Part shown: in pieces, positions 16,579 to 24,079 of the stretch
Layout: every line of letters starts with the position of its first letter
Numbering within the stretch: the stretch's first letter is position 1
Virus record (IMG/VR): IMGVR_UViG_3300020182_000007
Reading direction: 5' to 3' (one strand)
Length of the DNA: 64,000 nt
Origin: a virus
Program-made: the position numbers and the translations under genes
Notes under the pieces: model-generated
Told to the model about the DNA's origin: nothing
The model's database searches: none
What the model saw: only the letters and a program-made list of their open reading frames with translations

Positions 16579-17094
16579 TTACAAATCTTGAAATATACCA
16601 ACCACTTTCTGTAGTTCCTGTGGCTTAAACTTCCATAAATCGGCAGAAACATTAATTCTTCTTTCTTTAGGATCTGACCTATGTTTAGGATCTGGGTTTC
16701 CAATAATAGACCAATACCCATTATTCTTTTCAGGCCAATCTAAAAGAGGCCAATAAGATATAGTAACTTCCATTTTATGAAGCGGCATAATTGGTGGGTT
16801 TAGTTTGCTATTATCCGTTAACATGTTTTTTGTCGCTAGCTCCAATATGGGCTTATCATGTTCTCCAGCAATAAACCAAATCGTACCATTAAGCTTGCTT
16901 ATGGCATCTTGTGCTGTTTTAGGATCCCATGCAAAATTACCAAGATGATATACAAGGTCATCTTTTCCGACAATACTATTCCATGTTTGAATAATCTTTT
17001 TATCCATTTCGTCAACATTCTTAAATGGACGGTTATACTTTTTAATAGCAGATGGCCTACCTATCTGTAGGTTAGAAATTACAAATCTTTTCAT
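16579..17094 (-). CDS. calcineurin-like phosphoesterase homologue lacking metal ligands (pseudoenzyme)
   Basis: Family scaffold (RPFKNVDEMD, WNSIV, RINVSAD) retained; catalytic motifs substituted (SNLQ, HLGNF, AGEHD, IGNPD). Confidence 0.75.
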   Translation of the reverse strand: MKRFVISNLQIGRPSAIKKYNRPFKNVDEMDKKIIQTWNSIVGKDDLVYHLGNFAWDPKTAQDAISKLNGTIWFIAGEHDKPILELATKNMLTDNSKLNPPIMPLHKMEVTISYWPLLDWPEKNNGYWSIIGNPDPKHRSDPKERRINVSADLWKFKPQELQKVVGIFQDL

Positions 17095-17121
17095 TATTTA
17101 ATTGCTGTCTTTATTATCGAC

Positions 17122-17149
17122 AAGGCAAGGTGATATATCACCTTGCCTT
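17122..17149. repeat. perfect 28-bp palindrome
   Basis: aaggcaaggtgatatatcaccttgcctt. Confidence 0.9.
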
Positions 17150-17188
17150 TAATTGTCAATACTGTTTTGAATATTAAAATCTATGCTA

Positions 17189-17713
17189 CTATAAATTTGT
17201 TGATGATTCTTCTAATTCTGCGTCAACGCTTTCGGTTTGATCAGCAGCTGCCTCAAGTTCTTTAATCTCTTCGTCTAATTGAGAAAGCTCCATATGAACA
17301 TTTTGAATTTCGGTGTTCATTTCGCCTAGAGATTTCATAGCATCAGTTACTGCTTCACCTACTAGTGTTAACATTCTGATAAAGCGTCTAGCGCTTTCTA
17401 CTCCAGTACCTTCTACTGCAAGAAGTGCTTGATAAAGACCATTTAATTCATATGCCTTTAAAGAAACAACAGCGTCTTCAGAATCTGAAAGATCTTTGTA
17501 TTGTTGTTTTAATCTGTCGTGGAGTGTTACAACTACTGCAGCATTTTGGGTTTTCCAAGTGTACCCTTTATCAAGGTGCTCAATAATTGTTTTAATAACT
17601 TTACGATCTTCTAGATCTAATTGAAATTGGTGTTCGGCATTGTGTAATTGTAATTCTTCTGCCTTCTTTTCTAGCTCAGTTCTTTTAGAGCTTAGTGTTT
17701 TGATGTTACTCAT
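17189..17713 (-). CDS. coiled-coil hypothetical protein
   Basis: 174-aa helical, E/K/L-rich ORF. Confidence 0.8.
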   Translation of the reverse strand: MSNIKTLSSKRTELEKKAEELQLHNAEHQFQLDLEDRKVIKTIIEHLDKGYTWKTQNAAVVVTLHDRLKQQYKDLSDSEDAVVSLKAYELNGLYQALLAVEGTGVESARRFIRMLTLVGEAVTDAMKSLGEMNTEIQNVHMELSQLDEEIKELEAAADQTESVDAELEESSTNL

Positions 17714-17748
17714 ATTTGTTAATTTAAATGTTACTGTTTATATATTTG

Positions 17749-18222
17749 TTAAAAATTATTGTTCGTTACTCTAAAATCAAAGTCTTCAAATTTTTCAAAT
17801 TGAAGATCATCAGCATCTAATCTCCTTAATAGCGTGTCATTTGTATCATTCCTGTTGTTTAATCTTTCTATTCTAGATTTTCGATCAATGTCTAAATAAA
17901 TTACCATAGCCTGGTCTCTGTATTCTTTTGGTAAAATATCTAAACCGTCCTTAGACATAATCATTACGTCTGCATTATCGAAATCTTCTTTAGTTTGTCC
18001 ATAAAATCCTCCATTAAAGTCCATGTGCTCGATAAATTTATCGTTTCCTACCATTTCAATGAATTCAAACTCAGATATAAAATGATAATCAACACCATCT
18101 ACTTCACCATTTCTTGGTTTCCTAGTCGTATGACTAATTCCTGCCTTAAATCCGCGTTCACGTAATCTATTTTTTAAATGGTCTTTACCAGATGCCGCTT
18201 TTCCTACTAGTATTATTTTCAT
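17749..18222 (-). CDS. gmk: guanylate kinase
   Basis: P-loop GKAASGKD and SHTTRKPRNGEVDGVDYHF signature. Confidence 0.9.
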   Translation of the reverse strand: MKIILVGKAASGKDHLKNRLRERGFKAGISHTTRKPRNGEVDGVDYHFISEFEFIEMVGNDKFIEHMDFNGGFYGQTKEDFDNADVMIMSKDGLDILPKEYRDQAMVIYLDIDRKSRIERLNNRNDTNDTLLRRLDADDLQFEKFEDFDFRVTNNNF

Positions 18223-18256
18223 TGATTAGTTATATGTTTAGTTTTTAAAAAGTTTA

Positions 18257-19117
18257 TTAATTAGTATATGCATTTGGATTCGGTAGTCCTGAGTAGTGGT
18301 CCCATTCAGATTCTACATCTAATATATCCCATTTTGGATCATACCAAAAACGTCTACCTGTTTTATCAACAACATTGGACATTGTTTCATTTCCATAGCA
18401 TAAAAAGAAATCTGATTTTGTTTTTATATAATCAGTATCGTTTTTAAATGGGTTAACCCAATCTTTTATTTGACCACCTCCTAATACATAAGCAAGGTCA
18501 GGTACTGCTTTACAAAGCATGAATAATTCTTCACCTGACTGTTCAATGACATCCCTTGCCTTTGTGAAAGGATTTAAAGTTTCCATTCTGTATAATATCT
18601 CAGCCCGTAAATAGTTGCCAATTCCGTTAAAGTATTTTTGGTTCATTAATACCTCATTAATAGGCTTATCAAACTCTTTCTTATTAATATTATCAAGTAT
18701 ATTCTTTTTAAATTCTTCAAATTCAAAAGTTGGATCTGGTCCTCTATTGTCAGACCATTCAAATCCTGGTTTCCATTTGCCAAACCTCCTGACGTCAACA
18801 AAAGACAGCGTGTGGTCGTCAGTTGACTTAAACATTAAATGTGCATGTTTATTTTCATTTCCAGATTGTGATAACCTGAAGTGTCCTGACATTCCCATCG
18901 TCATTCGAACCGGTATTACCTCATTAGTATCTGCTTCTCGTATATAAACAATAAGTTCTTTCCCTCTGCTTTTTGCCATCATCCAAAACTTTTTAAAGGG
19001 TACATCAAAGAGTGTTCCCTTATGCGCTGGATTCTTTTTAATACTTTCAAAGGTACGCCCAGAAGCTGCTTTGTTAATATAGTCGGCTGTTAATTTAAGT
19101 TCTGCTAATTCAGGCAT
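18257..19117 (-). CDS. Fpg/Nei family DNA glycosylase (NEIL1-like, no zinc finger)
   Basis: N-terminal MPELAE, SRGKEL, GMSG, DVRRFG, H2TH NQKYFNGIGNYLRAEIL. Confidence 0.9.
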   Translation of the reverse strand: MPELAELKLTADYINKAASGRTFESIKKNPAHKGTLFDVPFKKFWMMAKSRGKELIVYIREADTNEVIPVRMTMGMSGHFRLSQSGNENKHAHLMFKSTDDHTLSFVDVRRFGKWKPGFEWSDNRGPDPTFEFEEFKKNILDNINKKEFDKPINEVLMNQKYFNGIGNYLRAEILYRMETLNPFTKARDVIEQSGEELFMLCKAVPDLAYVLGGGQIKDWVNPFKNDTDYIKTKSDFFLCYGNETMSNVVDKTGRRFWYDPKWDILDVESEWDHYSGLPNPNAYTN

Positions 19118-19454
19118 CTTGTATTTTTTTAGATTTGATTCTTAATATTGATTCTACACAGTCAGAGAAATCTCCATAATATACTCTACTGCCAATACTC
19201 CATGATGTTAATTCATTCTTTGTATATTCTGCATCCCAAGTTTTCCAATCATAAATGGTAAATGTATCTCCATTAAAATCAAATACCCATTCAAAATTTA
19301 CTTTACCATCTCCAGATTCTTGATCAAATGTTGGTTGGCCGAACGCTTCGATTAAATCAACGTATTTTGTATTAAAAAGATTCCCTGATTTAGAAGTTCC
19401 ATGCATCATATCAAATGCTTGATTTTTATCTGTTATTTTTTCTAATTTTATCAT
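19110..19454 (-). CDS. hypothetical phage protein
   Basis: 114-aa ORF (EW...FTIYDWK motif). Confidence 0.8.
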   Translation of the reverse strand: MIKLEKITDKNQAFDMMHGTSKSGNLFNTKYVDLIEAFGQPTFDQESGDGKVNFEWVFDFNGDTFTIYDWKTWDAEYTKNELTSWSIGSRVYYGDFSDCVESILRIKSKKIQDA

Positions 19455-19455
19455 A

Positions 19456-19698
19456 TTATAGTTTGCGTAAAATATTATAAATCGATACAGGATATCTCAT
19501 TGTTCTTCTTTTTTTGTTTTTCCATTTTGATTCTACAGTAAACGTGAACCATGGTTCTCCATAATGCGCCTCTAGTTTTTCACATCTTTCTTCTATCTTA
19601 CCAGACATTGTAGAACCTGCAAATGAAAAAACATAATTCTGTCCTATTTTAGGTTTCTTAACTGATATTACCTTTAGCTCTTCTTTCTTCTTTGTCAT
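19456..19698 (-). CDS. hypothetical protein
   Basis: 80-aa ORF after a repeat copy. Confidence 0.75.
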   Translation of the reverse strand: MTKKKEELKVISVKKPKIGQNYVFSFAGSTMSGKIEERCEKLEAHYGEPWFTFTVESKWKNKKRRTMRYPVSIYNILRKL

Positions 19699-19710
19699 TG
19701 TTTGTTTTTT

Positions 19711-19788
19711 AATTATAGTATAAATATAATCATTTAAAATGAATCGGTAAAACTTTTAGTGATTTATTTTCAAAAAGTTATTAACAAT
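19711..19788 (-). repeat. early-promoter repeat element
   Basis: Near-identical copy. Confidence 0.9.
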
Positions 19789-20465
19789 TAAGGATTACAG
19801 TATTCTTTTCTTAGTAACATTATTACATCCTTCGCATCTTCTAGTGCATCATGTGCAACATCTCCTGGTAAATTAGCACGTTGCTTGCATGTTGAAAGGC
19901 TAGGTAAACTTTCATCATCTACCCAATTAGTATATAAAATGCTAGGATCTAAGATTCTTTGGCGTACTCTTACTAATTGCTTCCATCTTGGGAGTTGCTC
20001 TAAGAATTTGAGATCGAATGTTCCAAAGTTTTTACCAGCGGCTGTGATATTTACTGGCTTTGTCTTATTTGTAATCATTGGTGCTGGAAGTCCATCTCGA
20101 CTTGTTGTAGTATACTGAGATTTTCCAAGTTCTGTAAAACCATTAGCGGCTAGCCAATAATAAAATTCTTCTACAATCTCGTGATTATTGTAGAATTTCA
20201 TGCCAGTTGTTTTTTCCAGATTAGACCTATCTCCATAATTATTAATGCCTTGATATTCTACAATATTAGATATTAAGTCTCGATTCATATCAATTGCGTA
20301 TGCATCTCCACTAATATTTATTTGACTAATCACTCCATGGAATTTTGGCAAATCTTCAATATGTTCTATATTATTCGTATCTTCTATTACTGCTCCAATG
20401 CTAAGCACTTGGCATGTTTTAGGATCTAGACCTGTCGTCTCGATATCTATACTTAAATAACGCAT
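19788..20465 (-). CDS. DEDDh 3'-5' exonuclease (DnaQ/oligoribonuclease-like)
   Basis: ExoI SIDIETTGLD, ExoII NFGTFDLKFL, ExoIII HDALEDA. Confidence 0.85.
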   Translation of the reverse strand: MRYLSIDIETTGLDPKTCQVLSIGAVIEDTNNIEHIEDLPKFHGVISQINISGDAYAIDMNRDLISNIVEYQGINNYGDRSNLEKTTGMKFYNNHEIVEEFYYWLAANGFTELGKSQYTTTSRDGLPAPMITNKTKPVNITAAGKNFGTFDLKFLEQLPRWKQLVRVRQRILDPSILYTNWVDDESLPSLSTCKQRANLPGDVAHDALEDAKDVIMLLRKEYCNP

Positions 20466-20490
20466 ATTTATAATCTATCTTTATAATTAA

Positions 20491-20643
20491 TCATCTTTGT
20501 TTTGGTTTATATGATAATGAGACTCCTATATTAAACCATCCAACTATCAATTCATATTCTTCCGGAAGAAGTATATCATGAGTTATCTTAATGAATGGTA
20601 ATACATGGAATTGACCTACTATTATGTGTTTACTTATCTTCAT
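20491..20643 (-). CDS. small hypothetical protein, 50 aa
   Basis: Manual translation MKISKHIIVGQFHVLPFIKITHD...; fills the gap. Confidence 0.55.
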   Translation of the reverse strand: MKISKHIIVGQFHVLPFIKITHDILLPEEYELIVGWFNIGVSLSYKPKQR

Positions 20644-20656
20644 CTTCTAGTTTGTT

Positions 20657-21301
20657 TCAAATGTTATTAGTTGTTCTTTCATTTTCTAATTCCTCTAATT
20701 CTTTTTCCAATCTAGAAATACTACCAATACTACCCCACATTGGATTTGCTTTTGGATTTATTGCTTTAATTTGCTCAACTAATTCAGTTTGTCTACCTTT
20801 ACTATAAAATCTATTTTCAATAGCACTTGCCAATTCTTGTAAGTGTTCCGGTCCATAAATACTAATTCTTAAATCATAATCAGACCATTTTGTTTTCCAA
20901 TCAACAAACATAATACCATTAGTTAATTTCTTTTCTAGATTATGTAGTCTACGATTTCTAACTCTAACTATTGAATTATCTGAACCAAAAAGGTGTAAAA
21001 ATCTTAAGAACCATCTTGGACACCATTTTGGTTTGGCTTCATAATCTAATGCAAGAACTAATGGAAATAACGCCCTGTAGTGTATAGTGTTCTCGTTCCA
21101 AACTAAAGTTCCTAAATATCTGTATTTCTCAGCGAAATCCTTTGGAAAGAAAACAGCACGAATATCTTTGAATCCAATATTCATTGTGTGAATAATTCCT
21201 TTCTTTCGTCCCATCCAGAATAATATACTTTGCCCGAATGATTTAGCCTTCTCGCTAAACGTTCTCGTATCTTTTATTTCAAATCTACTTTTGACTATCA
21301 T
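20657..21301 (-). CDS. hypothetical protein
   Basis: 214-aa ORF. Confidence 0.8.
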   Translation of the reverse strand: MIVKSRFEIKDTRTFSEKAKSFGQSILFWMGRKKGIIHTMNIGFKDIRAVFFPKDFAEKYRYLGTLVWNENTIHYRALFPLVLALDYEAKPKWCPRWFLRFLHLFGSDNSIVRVRNRRLHNLEKKLTNGIMFVDWKTKWSDYDLRISIYGPEHLQELASAIENRFYSKGRQTELVEQIKAINPKANPMWGSIGSISRLEKELEELENERTTNNI

Positions 21302-21313
21302 AACTTTTATTTT

Positions 21314-21994
21314 TTAGAATAATATATTTGATTCAGGATCCCAATCTATAGTTATTGGCTTATTTACTTGGTCATATCTTTCGTTTAATACTGATGCATT
21401 AATGAAATGTGTACCATTGTGGAATTTATAACCGTAACTTCCGTGAATATGCCCAAATACATGAACCTTTGGTGGTTGATTATCTACCTTAACTCTTAAC
21501 AATTCACAACCAAGATTTCCTTCATTATATGGAGGACCACTAATATCTAAATGACCTTGTGGTGGTCCATGTGTAATAAGAATATCTGTATCTTTTGGGA
21601 TTGCATTCCACTTTTCTTCAAGTTCTTTACCATTTCTAGGAAGATTAAATGCCCAATTACAAAATTCAGGTTGCCAAGGAGTTCCATAAATAACTAATTG
21701 TTGGTCCTCCTCATCCCATAAATCTAATTGCTCATCTTGTAAATAAGTAACATCATAGTCGTTTACAATTGTATTTGCTTCTAATGGATGATTTTCAAAC
21801 ATTCGGTCATGATTACCTGCAATAAAGATTTTATGTTTGTAATCTTGTGCTCCAAACCATTCACAGAATGCATGGATATCTGATTTGCTATAACCACTAT
21901 TCATTATATCCCCAGCATGAATTAGTAAATCTCCACCAGGCAAATCTAATTGCTTATGCTTAGTGTGAGTATCTGATATACATGTTATCTTCAT
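21314..21994 (-). CDS. metallophosphoesterase (calcineurin-like, MPPED/239FB type)
   Basis: Intact ISDTH, HAGD, IAGNHD, THGPP and GHIH motifs. Confidence 0.9.
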   Translation of the reverse strand: MKITCISDTHTKHKQLDLPGGDLLIHAGDIMNSGYSKSDIHAFCEWFGAQDYKHKIFIAGNHDRMFENHPLEANTIVNDYDVTYLQDEQLDLWDEEDQQLVIYGTPWQPEFCNWAFNLPRNGKELEEKWNAIPKDTDILITHGPPQGHLDISGPPYNEGNLGCELLRVKVDNQPPKVHVFGHIHGSYGYKFHNGTHFINASVLNERYDQVNKPITIDWDPESNILF

Positions 21995-22028
21995 GTTTCT
22001 TTTTAATTAGATCTATTGTTTTAATTCT

Positions 22029-22352
22029 TTAATGTATTACAGTTATACTTCCACTTTTAATGATAGCTTCATTATATCCTCTACATTTCATATAAAATCT
22101 ATAAACATATATTGTATCAAAAGGTAAACCATCCCACCAAACATTTGGATTACTTGACTGAAATACTTGAATACCTGACCTATCATAGATTTCTAAATTG
22201 TAATCTTTAACATTAAGGGTATCTCCAAACTCTGGTTTCCATGTATCATTAATGCCATCACCATTAGGTGTAAATGCATTTGGAATGTAAACTTCTTGAG
22301 ACATTGCATTCATACTAAATACTAATGCTGCTATTGTAATTATCTTTTTCAT
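22029..22352 (-). CDS. secreted stand-alone T9SS type-B sorting domain (gliding-motility-associated CTD) protein
   Basis: Signal peptide MKKIITIAALVFSMNAMS/Q, then IPNAFTPNGDGINDTW...IYDRSG...WDG...YVY...SGSITVI. Confidence 0.85.
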   Translation of the reverse strand: MKKIITIAALVFSMNAMSQEVYIPNAFTPNGDGINDTWKPEFGDTLNVKDYNLEIYDRSGIQVFQSSNPNVWWDGLPFDTIYVYRFYMKCRGYNEAIIKSGSITVIH

Positions 22353-22359
22353 ATTTTTT

Positions 22360-22435
22360 AATTATAGTTAAATATAATCAATTTTATTGATATAAAAAAC
22401 TTTTGTTGAAATGATTTTAAAAAGTTATTAACAAT
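22360..22435 (-). repeat. early-promoter repeat element, diverged copy
   Basis: Both ends conserved, middle diverged. Confidence 0.8.
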
Positions 22436-22498
22436 TAGCAGCAGTTGGTTGGGAGTCAACATTCCATTGATCGTCCCAAAATATAATTTCATCTTCCA

Positions 22499-23083
22499 TT
22501 ATTTTTCAGTACTAAAAAAGAAAGTTTGAAAAAGACGGCCATCTTTTATGTCTTGTCCAAAGTAGTCAAGTGACATGTGAAATAAATCTCCTCTATATAA
22601 TATAAGACGATTGTATTTGTTTCCTATTCTATCAACTAATTCCCATTTCGTCATATCTTGAGAATCTTTATTAATTTCATCTAATAGCTTAGTATTAATG
22701 GATCCGTCAGGGTTAATAGGTGCCCTCTCATGTCCTGTTTCTTTATGTTTATATAAACCAGTTCCTGCAGATAATGGTGCATCTGGTGTAAGATATAAAA
22801 CACCTGCCCAAGTTGTACCAGAATCTGCATGAATCCAACTTCTATCTCGAGATGTCGTATATTGGAATGCTCCGGTATAAGTATCTGGCCAGTATGTAAT
22901 TTTTCCAGCTATTGGTCTAATAATATCCTGTATTAACTTTTTAGTAGATTCTGTCCATACAGGATCTGTTCTTCTACCTGGATAATTACCAGGTACTCCA
23001 AATTCTAATTTCATTGCCATCTCTCGAACAGCATCTATATCATCGTAGAAGTCATCTACTATTATGGCGCTTAAGTCTGCCAT
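22499..23083 (-). CDS. 2OG-Fe(II) oxygenase-like protein (DUF6445-type)
   Basis: WIHAD (HxD), LYL, NRLILYRGDLFH (distal His) and RLFQTFF. Confidence 0.75.
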   Translation of the reverse strand: MADLSAIIVDDFYDDIDAVREMAMKLEFGVPGNYPGRRTDPVWTESTKKLIQDIIRPIAGKITYWPDTYTGAFQYTTSRDRSWIHADSGTTWAGVLYLTPDAPLSAGTGLYKHKETGHERAPINPDGSINTKLLDEINKDSQDMTKWELVDRIGNKYNRLILYRGDLFHMSLDYFGQDIKDGRLFQTFFFSTEK

Positions 23084-23084
23084 A

Positions 23085-23339
23085 TTATTGGGTTTTTTCT
23101 TTAATTGCTATATCAGAATCTTCATTGATCTTTTTAAATTCATACTTACCTTTAATATATTGGTTAAGCGCAATGCCTTGAGAATCTGCAAGGTTAAATT
23201 TGTTCCAATCTTCTAAATTAACCCCACTGTATAAATAAGATGCTCCGTTAAATTGAACTAATAGAGTATGCTTATCATAATTATATGACGCAGATTTTAG
23301 AGTAGAGCTATTGTATTGTGAAATTGTTGATGTGATCAT
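23085..23339 (-). CDS. KTSC domain protein
   Basis: SSTLKSASY...L.VQF...YLYSGV...ADSQG.ALNQYIKGKY. Confidence 0.85.
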   Translation of the reverse strand: MITSTISQYNSSTLKSASYNYDKHTLLVQFNGASYLYSGVNLEDWNKFNLADSQGIALNQYIKGKYEFKKINEDSDIAIKEKTQ

Positions 23340-23356
23340 AATTCTTAGTTTAGAAT

Positions 23357-23383
23357 TTATATGACCAATCCTATCTTAGTTTC
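23357..23383 (-). promoter_or_regulatory. putative middle promoter GAAAC-N16-ATATAA
   Basis: Exact motif match. Confidence 0.6.
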
Positions 23384-24078
23384 ATTTTAGGAAAAGAAAT
23401 CTTTGGAGCGCGAACATTAGGCCTGTTAGGAGTAGGTCCCTTTGAAGGTCTTGGGCCTGTTTTAACGTTAATATTTCCAGGGCTAGGATAACTTGGCGTT
23501 GGTTTCTTTGAATCAATTGCTGGTATATTACCAACTCCATTGCCTTTTTTAGCTGGCTTATTTACAGATTTTTGGTCTTGTTGTTTTTCACCAGTTTCAG
23601 GCTGACCTACTTTAGAGAATGACTCCATTGTATAATTCATCATATCGCCTCTTGCCTCATCTTTCTTACTGTTTAGCTCAGTATGCTCGGCAGCTGGTGT
23701 CTTATTTATTACTTCTGATGTAATGTTTCCATTTCCATCGTCCTTTGATATAACGTCCTGATTTTTAATTTCTAGCTTTTGATTAGGAATTGGTTTTTTG
23801 GATTCACTTTCCATTTTATTCCTAGAAATATCTTTATTCTTGCCAGGATTCTCTCTTTCATTAACGCTTCTATCACCCTTGTCAATCTCAGTAGACATTG
23901 AAGAATTATTTTCAGTAACCTTTGAATTTGAATTAGATATTCCAGATTCTCCAGAATTCAGTTGCTTTCCAGATGGAACATTACTATTTGAACTAACAGA
24001 TTCACCATTACTAATACCATTGATTTTACTCAATACGCTAGACTCGAATGTAAATGATTGTTTAAGTTGTTCGCTCAT
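23371..24078 (-). CDS. low-complexity N/S/K/P-rich protein downstream of the tape measure (likely start MSEQLKQ)
   Basis: ATG follows the tape-measure stop by 1 nt. Confidence 0.7.
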   Translation of the reverse strand: MSEQLKQSFTFESSVLSKINGISNGESVSSNSNVPSGKQLNSGESGISNSNSKVTENNSSMSTEIDKGDRSVNERENPGKNKDISRNKMESESKKPIPNQKLEIKNQDVISKDDGNGNITSEVINKTPAAEHTELNSKKDEARGDMMNYTMESFSKVGQPETGEKQQDQKSVNKPAKKGNGVGNIPAIDSKKPTPSYPSPGNINVKTGPRPSKGPTPNRPNVRAPKISFPKMKLR

Positions 24079-24079
24079 A

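Noticed and set aside
5097-22435. 78-bp repeats as a CRISPR array or true integron attC sites
   Set aside because: The intervals are whole genes of variable length, the repeat carries promoter boxes, and no cas or integrase gene is in the window.
5161-22435. TTATTAACA in the early repeats as DnaA boxes / replication origin
   Set aside because: It has two mismatches to TTATCCACA, occurs once per dispersed promoter and is not clustered.
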